The notes below the pieces were generated by a model that saw only the letters and a program-made list of their open reading frames with translations, did not search any database and was not told the DNA's origin. A program made the translations under genes and the position numbers. Positions 27,748-42,603 of a stretch of 64,000 bases of DNA are shown in pieces. The stretch's first letter is position 1. Each line of letters opens with the position of its first letter. Origin of the DNA: Octopus vulgaris (lineage: Eukaryota); contig OX597825.1 in assembly GCA_951406725.2 (NCBI GenBank), forward strand, positions 32,550,001 through 32,614,000, read 5' to 3'.

Positions 27748-28665
27748 TATAATTAATTAATAAGGGTGAGAGAATTAGATACTAATTTAATAGTATATTT
27801 ATTCCACACCAAGTGGCCTAGTGCTACGAGAAACCTGGATTATTATAATATTTTATAACATATTATAATATTTTCACAAAATAAATATAAGAGAGTGGTC
27901 ACTATATTGATCACCCTAGCACCAGTTAATCCAAAAGGTTTCAACCACGAAAAATACATGTTTCCCATGAAAGCCAGTACGACTGTTAGCTCACACGGAC
28001 AGGGCAAATAAAAAATAACAAAAATACAGATTATTTTGGGACAATTGTTTCGCTATTAATGAATTAAATGTAATATTACTTACAATAATCCATTTGTAGC
28101 TCTTCAGCCAAGACTATCTGGATGAAATCCACTCAATCACACGCCAGATTTTACCATAACGATAAATACGCGTGCGGTTCAATTGATTACATCGGACGTT
28201 ATAATTCAAATGCCCCAACCAACAGCGCGCCAAACTCTCACGGAAAACAAATACAGCATTTAGAAATAAATGCAGCATAATTATAATTAATTAATAAGGG
28301 TGAGAGAATTAGATACTAATTTAATAGTATATTTATTCCACACCAAGTGGCCTAGTGCTACGAGAAACCTGGATTATTATAATATTTTATAACATATTAT
28401 AATATTTTCACAAAATAAATATAAGAGAGTGGTCACTATATTGATCACTCTAGCACAGTTATCAAAAGGTTTCAACCACGAAAAATATGCTTCCCATGAA
28501 AGCCAGTACGACTATATAAAAAATAACAAAAATTTTTTGTTATTTTTTATTTGCCCTGTCCGTGTGATAACAGTCGTATATGGGAAACATATTTTTCGTG
28601 GTTGAAACCTTTGGATAACTGGTGCTAGGGTGATATATAGTGACCACTCTCTTATATTTATTATA
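27748..28665 (-). mobile_element. Partial tandem (534-bp period) plus inverted segment, PLE pLTR/retrozyme-like
   Basis: 27748-28025 is repeated at 28282-28533; 28534-28665 is the reverse complement of about 27880-28025; TA-rich flanks; contains an HHR. Confidence 0.8.
28036..28111 (-). ncRNA. Type I hammerhead ribozyme, intact core
   Basis: TTGG-CTGAAGA-GCTA...TAGC-GAAA-CAATTG-TC-CCAA; extended stem II (AATGGATTA/TAATTCATT); predicted cut at 28040|28039. Confidence 0.85.
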
Positions 28666-28717
<52 letters not shown>

Positions 28718-28722
<5 letters not shown>

Positions 28723-28946
28723 CTTTACTACCCACAAGGGGCTAAACACAGAGGGGACAAACAAGGACAGACAAAGGGATTAAGTCGACTACATCGACCC
28801 CAGTGCGTAACTGGTACTTAATTTATCGACCCCGAAAGGATGAAAGGCAAAGTCGACCTCGGCGGAATTTGAACTCGGAACGTAACGACAGACGAAATAC
28901 GACTACGAATTTCACCCGGCGTGCTAACGTTTCTACCAGCTCGCCT
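28718..28946 (-). mobile_element. SINE family A
   Basis: Reverse-complement homolog of 14162-14393, within (TA)n. Confidence 0.8.
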
Positions 28947-28958
28947 ATATATATATAT

Positions 28959-29039
<81 letters not shown>

Positions 29040-29779
29040 TGTTTATGTATTATATATGTATATATATATATATATATATATAAAACATACATACATACAT
29101 ATACATACATATAGATATACACTCATATATATATACACACACACATATGTGAGTGTTTGTGCGTTTGTGTGCGCGTGTGTGTGTGCATGTTTATAAATAT
29201 GTGTCCATACATTCAAGTATTTAAGTATCTGTATGTGTGTGTGATTATGGCTATATTTCGCTAGTGTTTATATGAATGAAGATTTTTCTCTGAAGAATAA
29301 ATAGAATCACCATAATTAAAATACTTGGATCGTTAGATTTGTACGCCCTCAATCACGTATTTCTTTTTTTATTTCTTGCGTTCTTTCATTATTTCCTCCT
29401 TTCTTTCGTTTTCTATTTATTTATCTATTTATTTATTTATTTATTTATTTATTCACTCATTGCTTGGTTGTTTGTGGTTGGTGCATGTGATAGTGGTGTA
29501 CAATGAGCTGGACTAGACGTCGTCTTCGATGGAGTACAGTTAGTGGGTCATTGATAAGGTGAAAATGTGTGTGTTTTGCCGAGAGTGGTGACTGTTTCGA
29601 TTTTGTGACGTAGGGATGTGGTGTTTGTGTGAGATCTACGCGTTTGATTAATAAATAAGTGTTTGGCTTAAACAAAGCGATCAAATAAGAAAAGGAAACT
29701 GAAGGCTATGCATTGAATCGAAGATGTTGGTATAGAAGTGGAACAGCCGCGGTCGAGTTCTAAATAGTTAATGGTATTA

Positions 29780-29810
29780 CTAGAGAGACCCGTGAATATT
29801 TCACGGATTT
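29780..29810 (-). mobile_element. Helitron 3' terminus
   Basis: Minus-strand hairpin CCGTGAA/TTCACGG followed 6 nt later by CTAG|T. Confidence 0.55.
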
Positions 29811-31382
29811 AATAGTAAACCTACTTTATCCAAAAAGCCTGAAAGCGTAGCCGGTGTTGTGTCTGCATCAAAAGATAGTCGCTCATCTGCTATTCATTGA
29901 AAAGTGAAGGAAATTGGAATACGATGATTAGTCTGGTACTTATTCTATCAGTTTCTATTGCCGAACTGTTAAGTTACAGAGGTGTAAACAAAACTACACT
30001 AGGTGTGAAGTGATTGTGGAGGACAAACACAAGGGCACATTCACACACACTCACACGCACGCACACACACATATACATTAGACAGACATAATGGATTATA
30101 TAAGTTTATTTATTACAGACTTACAGCTGTTTCAGATACGCATTTGGGTGCGTTCATAGTTCCATTTTATCAATTGTCGATTGACCGACTGAAAATATAG
30201 GCTAGCATCAACACAATTCTATCTTCCGCAAAGCAAAAACAAATCAATTGCCAAAGAAAAAACAGAAAAGAAAAGAGGATGGAATTTGGTCAGTGTGGTA
30301 TTTGCAGGGAACGAAGTCGCCTATTTCTATCAACCAACTTTAAGATATTGTTCTCACTGACCAAGGACGTATAGTATTGACATCCAGGAAAGAAATTTGA
30401 TACTCCACAACCGCGTAGGACCAGTGGTAGGCTTTTGGCATTTACTACTGTATTTTAGAAACGATGTGAATGGGAAGTGTTTGAAAATACACAAACCAAA
30501 AGGCATCTCTGGTATTGCTAATTATTTGAAACCCGAAGTGTCAAAATCTGTTTAATTAATTACCAGGAATTCATAGAAGTGCAAAACAGTTAACAACTAC
30601 TTAGAACTAGTAATCAGCGATTATAAAATAAACTATAGCAGGTAAAATAGCAGTAAGACTAAGACTACATACAATCCTAAATTATAAGACAAAGTATCAT
30701 TAGTACAGCAGCAATATTAAGGCTAAGATATGATTCTTAGATAAGGTTGTAGAGTAAATGACACATGTACTAAATGAGGAAGATAAAACCAAAACAAAAT
30801 CAAATAAAACCAAAGCAAAACAAAAGTAATAGAACCAAAGTAAAGATGAAAATAGAAATGGAAAAAAAAAAACCGGAATGGGTAAAACAAATTTAAAAGG
30901 ATATCTTCTTCATTTTCAAATAAATCGAGAGAAGGGACTAGGAGAGGAAATCTATATTTGAAGCAGTTAAGAAAATTGACAAATATTTAATTCAAATATC
31001 CATTATCTCTAAGCTATTGGATTAGGAAGGGGTGCGTGTGTTATCATATCCTTTTAATTATCGAGGGAATTATCTAAAGGTTTTATCGTAAAAATGTTCA
31101 TATCTTACCGCCAATCCTTGCTTTTTATTCATATTATTCTCTGACAAGGACGCTTCTAGGAAAATGTTCACTTCTAGTTTTCCCTAAGACCTCGGGAGAT
31201 ACATTGCTCAATATTGAATACTTAATATTACACTTTGTTTTGTTATCTCTAAGTTACAATGCTTGGAGTACAATATCGATCACTAGTCCTTTTGTTAGCC
31301 GAGTGCATTTTTATCTACAGAGAGCTTATAAATTATTTTGCCTATCCCTTATTAATCCTTCCATATATATATATATATATAT

Positions 31383-31809
31383 ACTCTTTACTCTTTACTC
31401 TTTACTCTTTTACTCTTTTACTTGTTTCAGTCATTTAACTGCGGCCATGCTGGAGCACCGCCTTTAGTCGAGCAAATCGACCCCGGGACTTATTCTTTGT
31501 AAGCCCAGTACTTATTCTATCGGTCTCTTTTGCCGAACCGCTAAGTGACGGGGACGTAAACACACCAGCATCGGTTGTCAAGCAATGCTGGGGGACAAAC
31601 ACAGACACACAAACATACACACACATACATATATATATATACCTATATACGACAGGCTTCTTTCAGTTTCCGTTTACCAAATCCACTCACAAGGCATTGG
31701 TCGGCCCGGGGCTATAGCAGAGACACTTGCCCAAGATGCCACGCAGTGGGACTGAACCCGGAACCATGTGGTTGGTTAGCAAGCTACTTACCACACAACC
31801 ACTCCTGCG

Positions 31810-31812
<3 letters not shown>
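31383..31812 (-). mobile_element. SINE family B, near full length
   Basis: tRNA-like head GGCGCAGGAGTGG...GGGTTCAGTCCC, internal microsatellite, Nin-like core and AAAGAGTA-type repeated tail. Confidence 0.85.
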
Positions 31813-31882
<70 letters not shown>

Positions 31883-31984
31883 ATAGTTCAAATTTGTACA
31901 AAAATCAAAGAACAGAAGACAGAGATTGATGAGGGAACAAAAAATGAAGTATATTAGTTTGACGCTCAGGAAAAATGAAAGACT

Positions 31985-32020
31985 CCTTGACGTTTCGAGT
32001 CTACGCCCTTCTACAGAAAG
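31985..32020 (-). ncRNA. Minimal HHR-like motif, CTGTAGA variant
   Basis: CTTT-CTGTAGA-A-GGGC(GTAG)ACTC-GAAA-CG-TC-AAGG; same family as 52449-52484. Confidence 0.5.
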
Positions 32021-32408
32021 GAATGAGGAAAGAGAACGGAGTGGGGAAAAAAACGTGACTGGATTCATGGTTTCAGATGTTGAATTGACCGGAAGGAAGG
32101 AAATGGTTGGCAGGGGAGACAACAGTAACATGACTAAAGTGGGTGTATTGGCAAACGTGTGTGTATTTGTAAGGATAAAGTGTGCGTATGTATATGTGTA
32201 TATGACCGGCGTATGTGTATGTGCGTGTGGGCAAGCATGTGCGTGACCATAAAGATTATGTAAGTGTGTGTATGTATATGTATGGAAGTGTACGAGTATA
32301 CGCATGCGTGTATGCGTGTGACGAAACAAGTACGTATGCATGTGGAACAAAATATATGTATATGTGTGTTTATGCATATATGTATACATACATACATATA
32401 TATATATA

Positions 32409-32441
<33 letters not shown>

Positions 32442-33291
32442 ATGAACGTATTCACGTGTATATATGTGTATGTGTATATACACACATGCAAACAAAGTGC
32501 ATCTTATAATAATGGAACACGTTTCAGTTCTAATTTGATATCATATTTTACATTTCCTTAATATATGTGTTTGTCCTTAACAAATCGTTATTTGCGCTTT
32601 AAATGTTTCCTTTCCTTGCGATACACCCTGTATGTATTCACATAGGCAAGCATTCGCACTCGTATACGTAGGTGTGTACTCACAGTTATCATGTGCATAT
32701 GCAAGTTATAAGTTCAATGTGCATGTAGTAACATAGATAAATAAAATGCTGATACAAACATAAAACATTTCTTCTCGGACCGTGAGATCTCAGGTTTCAT
32801 GCAAATGTGCATTCATCAGCGAGGCGGAAAGTATTTAGTGGGCTGGTAAATCTATCTTGTTCGGTTGAAAGTATCTAAGTTAGAATATAGTGAAGTAGCA
32901 TATTGAAATTCAGCGCCGAACAGAGGAATACAAACGATAGAAGTAAAATTGATTGCATTCACCTCAAGAACATTAAAGTGCTCGGCGGGAGTCGAAAGCG
33001 TAATTTATATTCATTATACGATTTAGAAATACATATCAATATACTCTATTTTGTAGCAGAGATCCCAGTGCTTAATACTTACTTGTAATAGGTTCGTAGA
33101 GCGAATGTCTCTGTATCGTATCATTATAGAATGGACGACGAACGTATGCAAGCAAGGGTTGAATAGTCTGCCACATTTACTGCAAAGAATATACAGAGAT
33201 AGAGTTTTGATTAATATAAAAATTGCACACGCACATAGCTACAAACATCCATATATACGCCCATATATACATACAAACATGTATACTGTAT

Positions 33292-33350
<59 letters not shown>

Positions 33351-33407
33351 TGATTGATTGATTCTAGTTTCAGCTCATGAGCTGTGGCCATTCTGGGGCA
33401 CCGCCAA

Positions 33408-34275
33408 TATATATAAATAATATATATATATAAATATATGCATATATACATATTATATGTACATACCTACATATATATGTATATATACATGCATATATGG
33501 ATACAGGACATAAAAAAACGTTGAACACAATGAGAAACGAAAACATAAAAACAAAAACATAGAAACGAACTTTTTTCAAACAATGAAAAAAAACAGAGAA
33601 ACAAGACATACAACACAAGGAATATTATTCCCCTTCTTCAGTTGTCCCTGTTTCATCTACTCCGCGTAACGAAGGTAAGGACAAGACGCGACTTCGTTGA
33701 AACAGTCCTCCCCGCAGAGCAAATTTTTAAAAAATTGGGATTTGGGGGTCAGGGTGAAAGTGGTAACAAGAACAGGACAGTAAGAACAAAACAGTAAAAA
33801 CAATAAAAAAGTAAAAACAGTAAAAGACAGAACAATGAGAACAAAAAAGTAAAAACAAACGATGAAGGTTGTTAAGCCAAGACGATGGAAAATTATTTTG
33901 AACGCTTAAGGAAAACAGCTTATGAAGAGACAGAATAAGCTGGTCTGATCTTTGTGAAAATAGTAGTCGGAAAGATGGCTTCCCTCTGATCACGTGTGAG
34001 CGACGAGAGAGTCGATGAGGAGGAGGAGTAAGAGCGGTGAAGAGGAGAAGAATAGGTAAGGGTGGGAGGGAAAACCAGAAAGGATGAAGAAGTAGAGAGG
34101 GAGAGAGATAGACAGAGAAGAGATAGTAAAGAAGAGTGCGCATCCTAATTATTAAGATAAAACTTACTTGGAAAAGGATGCGTGGCGTTCGATCATATAA
34201 TAATATAGATAATATATAAATATATGCATATATACATACTTATATGTACATACCTACATATATATTTATATATAT
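33408..34275 (-). mobile_element. PLE-like relic with direct terminal repeat
   Basis: About 33410-33480 recurs at about 34200-34270; another copy at 44183-44390; partial HHR-like CTGAAGA plus stem near 33605-33645. Confidence 0.5.
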
Positions 34276-35013
34276 ATATACCATTTAAATAGTCTACGTT
34301 TATGATCACAAGGCTTTTAGCATTGTGTCTCCGTAGTCTTTGTCAACCTGTATAAAGTTTGTATGTTTACATTTAGATGTTGACGATAATCTCATTGAAA
34401 CGAAACATAAAATTAAAATTTAAAAAATTTCAAGCCCAACTTTAATACAAAAACATTATTTGTTGTGGATGTTAATATGGGATAAGAAATAGCGGATACA
34501 ATATATATTGGTTTCTGCTAATTGTCTTCACAAATTACCTTATATGAAAGTAGTTATTAAATGTCCATATACGAGGAAAATATCATTGTTAATTTTCCTA
34601 TGAAGAAAACTTCAGATTCTCTTACATAAGCGAATTCAGAGAAGAAACAAATCGGCTGCTCAGGGCCGTGCAGTTCCGGCGCCCAAAACAGACGATTCTC
34701 ATTTGCTACGATTTATATCTGTACATTTATGCAGCATGCGCAGTATTCGGCGTTCTGACAAGACATTCACATTAAAACGGATACAAAGACTGCCTTCTGG
34801 TATTAATAATGCGTCCGTCACTAATATTATTTCTACGCTTTGTGTAAACCACAGATACACATACGCGCGCGCGCGAACACACATGCATATGTTTGTGTAT
34901 TTATGTATATTTACCTATCTGTCTATTTATGTGTATATGAGCATATACATGATATATAAATACTTATATATATATTTGTGTGTATGTATATAGATATAGA
35001 TATAGATATAGAT

Positions 35014-35078
<65 letters not shown>

Positions 35079-35690
35079 CAGATAGGCATACATACGTCCG
35101 TACGTACTCTTAAAAACTGAACATATTAGACAATGTAGTCTTTGACCCATGATGCATAAGAAAAACGGGACTTTCATGGCTAGAATCCTTTTCCGTATAG
35201 GTCTGCTCATTCATATCCAGCACGGATTTAAGCAATAACAGCAGTCACACAGAAAGTCCCTTAAATCTGACCTTAACGTCCACCGAGCAGGGAGACATAC
35301 AAGATAAAGATGCCTCATATAACATCATGTCTCGATAGTGTTTGGATTTGTGTAGAACCAACATTTACTCCCTTCTGTTCCCAGCCCTACTCGGACCTGG
35401 GGTAGTAGCACCTATTAGGATCCCAGATAGGAGTAATTAGTATATCAGGGCTTGCCTACCTCTGCATGTTTCGATTGAGTCCAGGGGAGTCTGTAGTAGA
35501 AACCATTAAAGTTAGACGGAGGGGAAGGCAGCTACAGTAGCATTAAGTGGGATACAGAGAGCAAGATTATGCAAAACGATGGCATCTTGCTCGTCTACTG
35601 CATTTATCTCCAGTCGTCGCGACCTGGTCTTGCTACTTTATTGAAGACGGGCGAGACGGTGAGGCTGACGCTGCGCAGCTCTCCTTCACT

Positions 35691-35741
<51 letters not shown>

Positions 35742-36049
35742 TTTCGGTCATACCATTTCCAGCATAGTTACTTGTATTGCAAGGCATTTTCACTAATGGA
35801 TGGATGGACAATATATACAAAGTAATAGACAGATACGCAATATTTGGGCGCTGGCCATTGTCTTTCTCAAGTTGAATGTCAACAATGATGAAATGACGTC
35901 AGCAGTCATGACGGTGAATAGAAATTAGATTCGGTGGAGCGGGAAAAAAATCCGACTATCGGGTCTGGTCTGCTGGACCTTGTGTGGATACCAGATGAAT
36001 GAGATTTTACTTTTTACATACGTCTACTCCTCTACATACGTGCATACAT

Positions 36050-36118
<69 letters not shown>

Positions 36119-36161
36119 GAGAGAGAGACAGAGAGACAGACAGACAGATAGACAGACAGAC

Positions 36162-36214
<53 letters not shown>

Positions 36215-36394
36215 TACACGTACATACAAATAAACATATACACATACATATATAATATGTATGTATGTATCGTTTGTTACTTTGTCGTTCTACTGTGCAA
36301 TTTTCTAGTCTTATAAATCTTATATGAACATATATATATACATATATATAAATATATATATATATATGTATGTTTGTGTGTGTATATATATATC

Positions 36395-36446
<52 letters not shown>

Positions 36447-36570
36447 TGTGTGTGTGTGTGAGTGTATATATGTATATATATATATTCACATATTTACATA
36501 TGCATATATGCTTACATATAAATACACCCACGTATATATACTTACACACATTTACATACACACACACACG

Positions 36571-36606
<36 letters not shown>

Positions 36607-36958
36607 TTCCGAATAAGTAATAAAAACGCATTACGTAACGTAGAGCTTTTCATAGCTTCAGGGTATTTTTCGTTTTTCGTTACTTTACAATATTTAACTG
36701 CAACTAACGTCTCGAGATTTGTGGAGGCGATAATACTAACAGCAACATTTGTCTATCTATGGAACCATACACATGCCCAGTAATGCATATACTTAAACAT
36801 ATGCACATATTTTACTCACAATCTCCATATACATAACAAAGAAGCATGTAATAACGGTTTCACATTTTAAAGTCTGTATAACGTAGGTATGTGTGTACGT
36901 AAAATTCTATATATATGCATACGTTTACGATTATGCTTCAGTATGTGTGAGTGGATGA

Positions 36959-37022
<64 letters not shown>

Positions 37023-37140
37023 TCACAGACACGGACATCTATGCGTGTATGCGCGTGAATTATTGTCTGTCTTCAAGATCGATATAAAATTTCAGTCACA
37101 ACGTCTGTCAATATACATGCATACATACATATATACATAC

Positions 37141-37189
<49 letters not shown>

Positions 37190-38115
37190 TACATTTATAT
37201 TTATATATATATAAATATGTACAAATATATTAACACATGCATATATGTATATATAAATATATATATATATATATACATACATATATATATGTATGTATAT
37301 ATATATGTATATATACATATATATATACATATATACATGTAGGTATTTGTAATGTTCATACATACATACTCGCATATATAACACACCCATTCACGCACAT
37401 ATGTACATACATGTATACATAGCATGTATACACATAATATATGCACACTCACAGAGCTAGCATCGCCTAATGGTTCGCAGAGAGAAAAAAATCTGGATGC
37501 TGGCCAAACTTATTTTCGATTTACTGCCATTGTATGCATCTTCTAGCTATTTCAGTCTTTGTTTCTCTGATCTAATTTGCATGATAAACAGTTCCATCAC
37601 TACTGGAATATCCGCCATCTTCTGCTAACATCAACAATTTTTCTTCTTCCTTAAAGCGTTCTTAGCAATCACCTTAATGACTATTGTACTTCTATTCATA
37701 AAAATGTCAACCGCAAAAAAAAAAAAAAAAAATTGTGAAATAGAAAAAAAATATTTAATTCAATCGGTTTCAGAATCTAGAATTTCCTAAATTCTTAAGG
37801 TGCCACAGATTGGATTTTATTTCTTTCTTTCATTTTTTCCTCTTTCACTTTTTCCTCTTTCATTTTTTTTTTCTTTTGCCTCTCCTTTGTGAGGAGGTGG
37901 GAGTGGGGTATCACTTTGGGATGCTCGAATGAGAGAAGAAAGAGAGTTAAATTTACTTGTAGCAACGTTCAACAGCTAACTAGAGAACTTTTAATTGCTT
38001 GTCATTCAGCGTTGTCATGTATGCAGATTACACATGGGCACACACAAATATATATATATATATATTTATATATACATACATACATATACATATATATATA
38101 TTTTTATTTATACAC

Positions 38116-38200
<85 letters not shown>

Positions 38201-38201
38201 T

Positions 38202-38284
<83 letters not shown>

Positions 38285-38424
38285 TAGATATACACACACA
38301 CCCATACATATATCGAAACAGTGATAGATTGGCAGAAGATAGATAGTTAGGTAGGTAGGTAGATACATATTTACACAAGTAGACATATATATATGAAATA
38401 TATATATAAATATTTAACTAAATC

Positions 38425-39400
38425 TTTAAATTGTTTCAGCTTCATAGCTGTGGTCATGATGGGGCGTCACCGTTGGCTGTGCTACACCATTATTTGAAAT
38501 CTCTTCTGATATGAGACATTTGGTGAATGAGGGAGTTTCATGTCGCTACCTTCGTCTGTGTTTCCTACCGTGAGGTAGGCTCATCGAAACCCTTGACAGG
38601 AGGAGATCCATTTTTGATTTGAAGACACCTACATCCACACGATGCAGGTCTCTCAGGCATTTTGGAAGGATACCGAATAGCTGCGGACCCTTGAAACCCA
38701 ACCTATTGCTGTATCTTGTCTTGAATTTTGATGGAGATGCTGTGATATTTGACACTGTGCAGTGGCGCCCCGTTCTACTGTTTGTGTAACTTTCAATGAC
38801 AAATTTTAGTAGGCCTTCCACGATTTTCCAAATGTAAATCACTGCATACCTTTCGCGCCTTCGTTCTAGGGAGAAGAGTTTTAATTCTTTCAGTCTTACA
38901 GTAGCTGATACATTGCATTGAAACGATTTTCTTTGTGTTGCTTCGTTGGATTGCTTCGAGTTCCGCCATTAATTTCATATTGTGTGGTGACCATAGTTTT
39001 GGGCAGTTGTCCAAGCGGCTGAGGCCTCCAAAGGACCATTATTGTCTCCTTGTTTTGAAATTTCGGAGGATCCATCCAGCAAACCACCTACATTTTATTA
39101 CCAAATTGGTAATATGCACTTGGAAAGATGCGTCATTGCTCATGTCAAAGCCCAGGTCACGCATTGATTTTGCTTCAGGGATTGCAATTCCTCCCGGGCC
39201 AGTGTATCCCATCTGCATGTCGTTCAGCTGTGTGTACTGGTAGTGAAGGGCTTGGAAATTTCCTGCATTAAACTGCATGTTGTTGTCCTCAGCCCACCTG
39301 TATATTGCGTCCAACTCCCGTTGCAGATGTGCAATATTTCCAGGATTTTGTATTATCTGAATAGCAGTGGCCTTAAGACAGTGCCCTGTGGAACACCACT
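38425..39400 (-). pseudogene. CR1/L2-like LINE 3' fragment
   Basis: SGVPQGTVL; LDAIYRWAEDNNMQFNAG; RDLG..MSNDASF..HI; WSPH..LEAIQR; IYIWKIVEGL; LPKCLRDLH; followed by a 3' tail. Confidence 0.85.
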
Positions 39401-39824
39401 AGCTATTTGTGTTCTGCTTCCTCCCTTATGGATAGGGCATATTATCTTTTATTTTGTCTGGGAGCTTACCACTTGCAGGGAAGCCCTGAAAGAGAAGATG
39501 CAGTGGTTTTGCAAGGGATGTTTCTGTGGTAAACTTACAGAAAGCTTAGGGTTCGACTTGATATTTTCCATAACCCAAGCTTCCTTTTCTGCTCTCTCCT
39601 TTTCGTGAGATTGATGCAGATTTTACTCAATCTCCAATACCGCTCTCTCCAGGGATGCTTGCTTAGGCGGTTCGCAATGTTAATCCAGAGAAAAATCGTC
39701 ACTCATCGAAAGTCTACAGAACTTGTATCCGAACTAATGTGCAAATATTACGAAGTAATAAAACTCAATATTTTAAAGATTGCCTCTCTGATTCATTCAT
39801 ACTCATCGAACACGTAACATAATA

Positions 39825-39968
39825 CATTATTTACATTTGACGGGTATTTGTCCTCGTCTTGTTTGTTGTTAACACAACGTTTCGGCTGATATACCCTCCA
39901 GCCTTCATCAGGTATCTTGGTTTTTCGATGTTGTTATTGTTGGTATTATTATTATTATTATTATTATT

Positions 39969-40013
<45 letters not shown>

Positions 40014-40490
40014 CTTCTTCTTCTTCTTCTTCTTCTTCTTCTTCTTCTTCTTCTTCTTCTTCTTCTTCTTCTTCAGGTCACTGCTTGGAATCTTGGGGTT
40101 AGTAGCTCGCGCTCTTAACCACTACGCCATATGCCGTGGGCAATTATGCAGTGAATTTTAGGGCTTATAAATCTTTCCTTAATACAGGTTCCCATATACT
40201 GCTCATATCTGTATTCGATCTGCTTAGATCTATTTTCGTATTTTCCAGTAGTGTTCTCTGTCTATTATTTTAACTTCATCCCACAGAGAGAGAGAGGGTA
40301 GTCCCCATTTTTCCAGTGACCTGAACAATAATAATAATAACATCGAAAAATGCCTTAAGAATGAGAACCCAGGCTTGAAATTTCCCTAAGACACCTGATG
40401 AAGGCTGGAGGGTATATCAACCGAAACAAGATGAAGACAAATATCCGTCAAATGTAAATAATGTATATAATTCCTCATCTCTAAAATATA
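39825..40490. mobile_element. Inverted pair of PLE termini
   Basis: 39825-40083 (minus) and 40314-40490 (plus) are homologous to each other and to 14650-14795. Confidence 0.7.
39871..39916 (-). ncRNA. Minimal type I HHR, intact core
   Basis: GATAC-CTGATGA-A-GGCTG(10 nt)CAGCC-GAAA-CG-TT-GTGTT. Confidence 0.75.
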
Positions 40491-40637
40491 GAACGTAACA
40501 ATACTGAACACTGAAAAAACCCCTTGTAACAAATCTATAATGTATGGAGTAATATTCACGCGCTCAGAAATTTCATACACACTCATGCACACACAATATA
40601 TATATATATATACATCGGCATGTGTGTGTATATAAAT

Positions 40638-40886
40638 ATCTCCCTAAATGCCTGAGAGACCTGCATGGTGTCGATGTGGATTTCTTTAACATTAGACTGG
40701 ATCTCTTCTTGTCAGGGGTTACAGAGGAACCTACCTTTCGGCAGGTAACACAGATGCGGGCAGCGGTGTCGAACTCCGTTGTTGATCAAATGCCACATAT
40801 CAGAGGTGGTTTCACATACTAGTGTAGCTCATTCAACGGTGGTGCCCCAGCATGACCACAGCTTTCAGGCTGAAACATTTTAAAAG

Positions 40887-40887
<1 letters not shown>
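40638..40887 (+). mobile_element. CR1/L2-like LINE extreme 3' end
   Basis: LPKCLRDLHGVDVDFFNIRLDLFL, homologous to 38425-38670, followed by the same tail. Confidence 0.75.
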
Positions 40888-40932
<45 letters not shown>

Positions 40933-40960
40933 GTACATACATATATATATACACTATATA

Positions 40961-41026
<66 letters not shown>

Positions 41027-41283
41027 TTATATATATATGTGTATATATATGCATCTGTTTTGATATATAATTACTCTGCAGAAAAATTATTTTCCTCTCC
41101 TTTCAACTCTACTACATATTCCACAAAAATATCACATCTACATACAGATTTGGAGGACAGGAGCGAGTAGGCGTGCTGGGGAGATGGGTCAGTTAAGGGC
41201 TTCGTAACTTGAAGAAGCACGGAATCCGAATCGATATATTTTGAATAATACATTAGTGTATGTGTGTGTGTGTGTGTGTGTGT

Positions 41284-41333
<50 letters not shown>

Positions 41334-42010
41334 ATACACGCATACACATTTATGTAGATCTCAGAAATATTATATATACTTTTTGATGATTATAGTATTT
41401 ACGCTGAATAGTATAGATATCAGCCAAGATATTCCATATTTATTTAATTAAAAAACTGGATTTCGAAATTTGTGTAACTTAAAATTGTATTATAGACTTG
41501 CTGATACATAGTATTTCTGTTAGTTCTTAATAGACATATTTATACATATATACTCCACTATCATTATGATAATTATTCATATTATATTTTCAAATATACC
41601 CTTGCTATTTCTGGTTCGGTAAAAAAACCATAACCTTTGCTTAGTATTATACACACATGAGTATGCATTGATAATTAGTTGCACAACACACATTACATGC
41701 ATATTTGGTGGATAACACACAATCTCACGACCATATATGTGTATCTAGTTATGACGTACAAGAGGTTGGGCTGACATATCTCTTCATTCACACTATTGAT
41801 ATATGCTACATTATGTGTATATGTATTTGACATACTGATATGTTTGTATATAAATATAAACATATCCACATATGTTTACATGCATGTGTATGTGTGTGTA
41901 TGCGTGTGTACGTATGTATATGTCTATTATACATAATATAGATAAATGTACTTGCTTATTAATACATACATTTACATTAAATTGTGCATGTGCATACTTA
42001 TATGCACGTA

Positions 42011-42060
<50 letters not shown>

Positions 42061-42082
42061 CCTTTCTATCTATCTCTCTCTC

Positions 42083-42117
<35 letters not shown>

Positions 42118-42502
42118 ATATGTGTGTGTGTATATATACATATATATATATATGTATATGTATGTGTATATATATATATGTATATATGTATATATATATG
42201 TGTATATATATATATATATATAATGAAGGGTGAAATTAATTAATTTGGAATAATTATCAATTACACCAAGTAGTCTTCGGCATGTAAAAGCCTCATTTGA
42301 GGAAAATTTAAGTAATACTAAGCAATAAAGGGTTTAGCAACTAGTTGCCTTACCACATACCGAATTTAGAAATAGCAGTCAAAGAGTTATAGCTATTTCT
42401 TCTACTAAAAGGGAGATCTCAGTAAAAACAGCAATTGGAAGGCAGACACAAACAGGTAAGAGAGGATGAATTAACGGCAATCTATCATACAATTTTAAGT
42501 TA

Positions 42503-42603
42503 TCTACGGACGTACGTTTCGAAATCAAGTCTTTAGGAAAGCATAAGAATTAAATGTTAAATAATTCTATCTTACCGAAAACTTCTTTTCTCTTCAGCGT
42601 AGA
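42503..42603 (-). ncRNA. Type I hammerhead ribozyme, intact (copy 1)
   Basis: TCTACG-CTGAAGA-GAAA...TTTC-GAAA-CGTACG-TC-CGTAGA; predicted cut at 42509|42508. Confidence 0.88.

Noticed and set aside
31765-31812. tRNA gene
   Set aside because: A/B-box head of a SINE; no complete cloverleaf.
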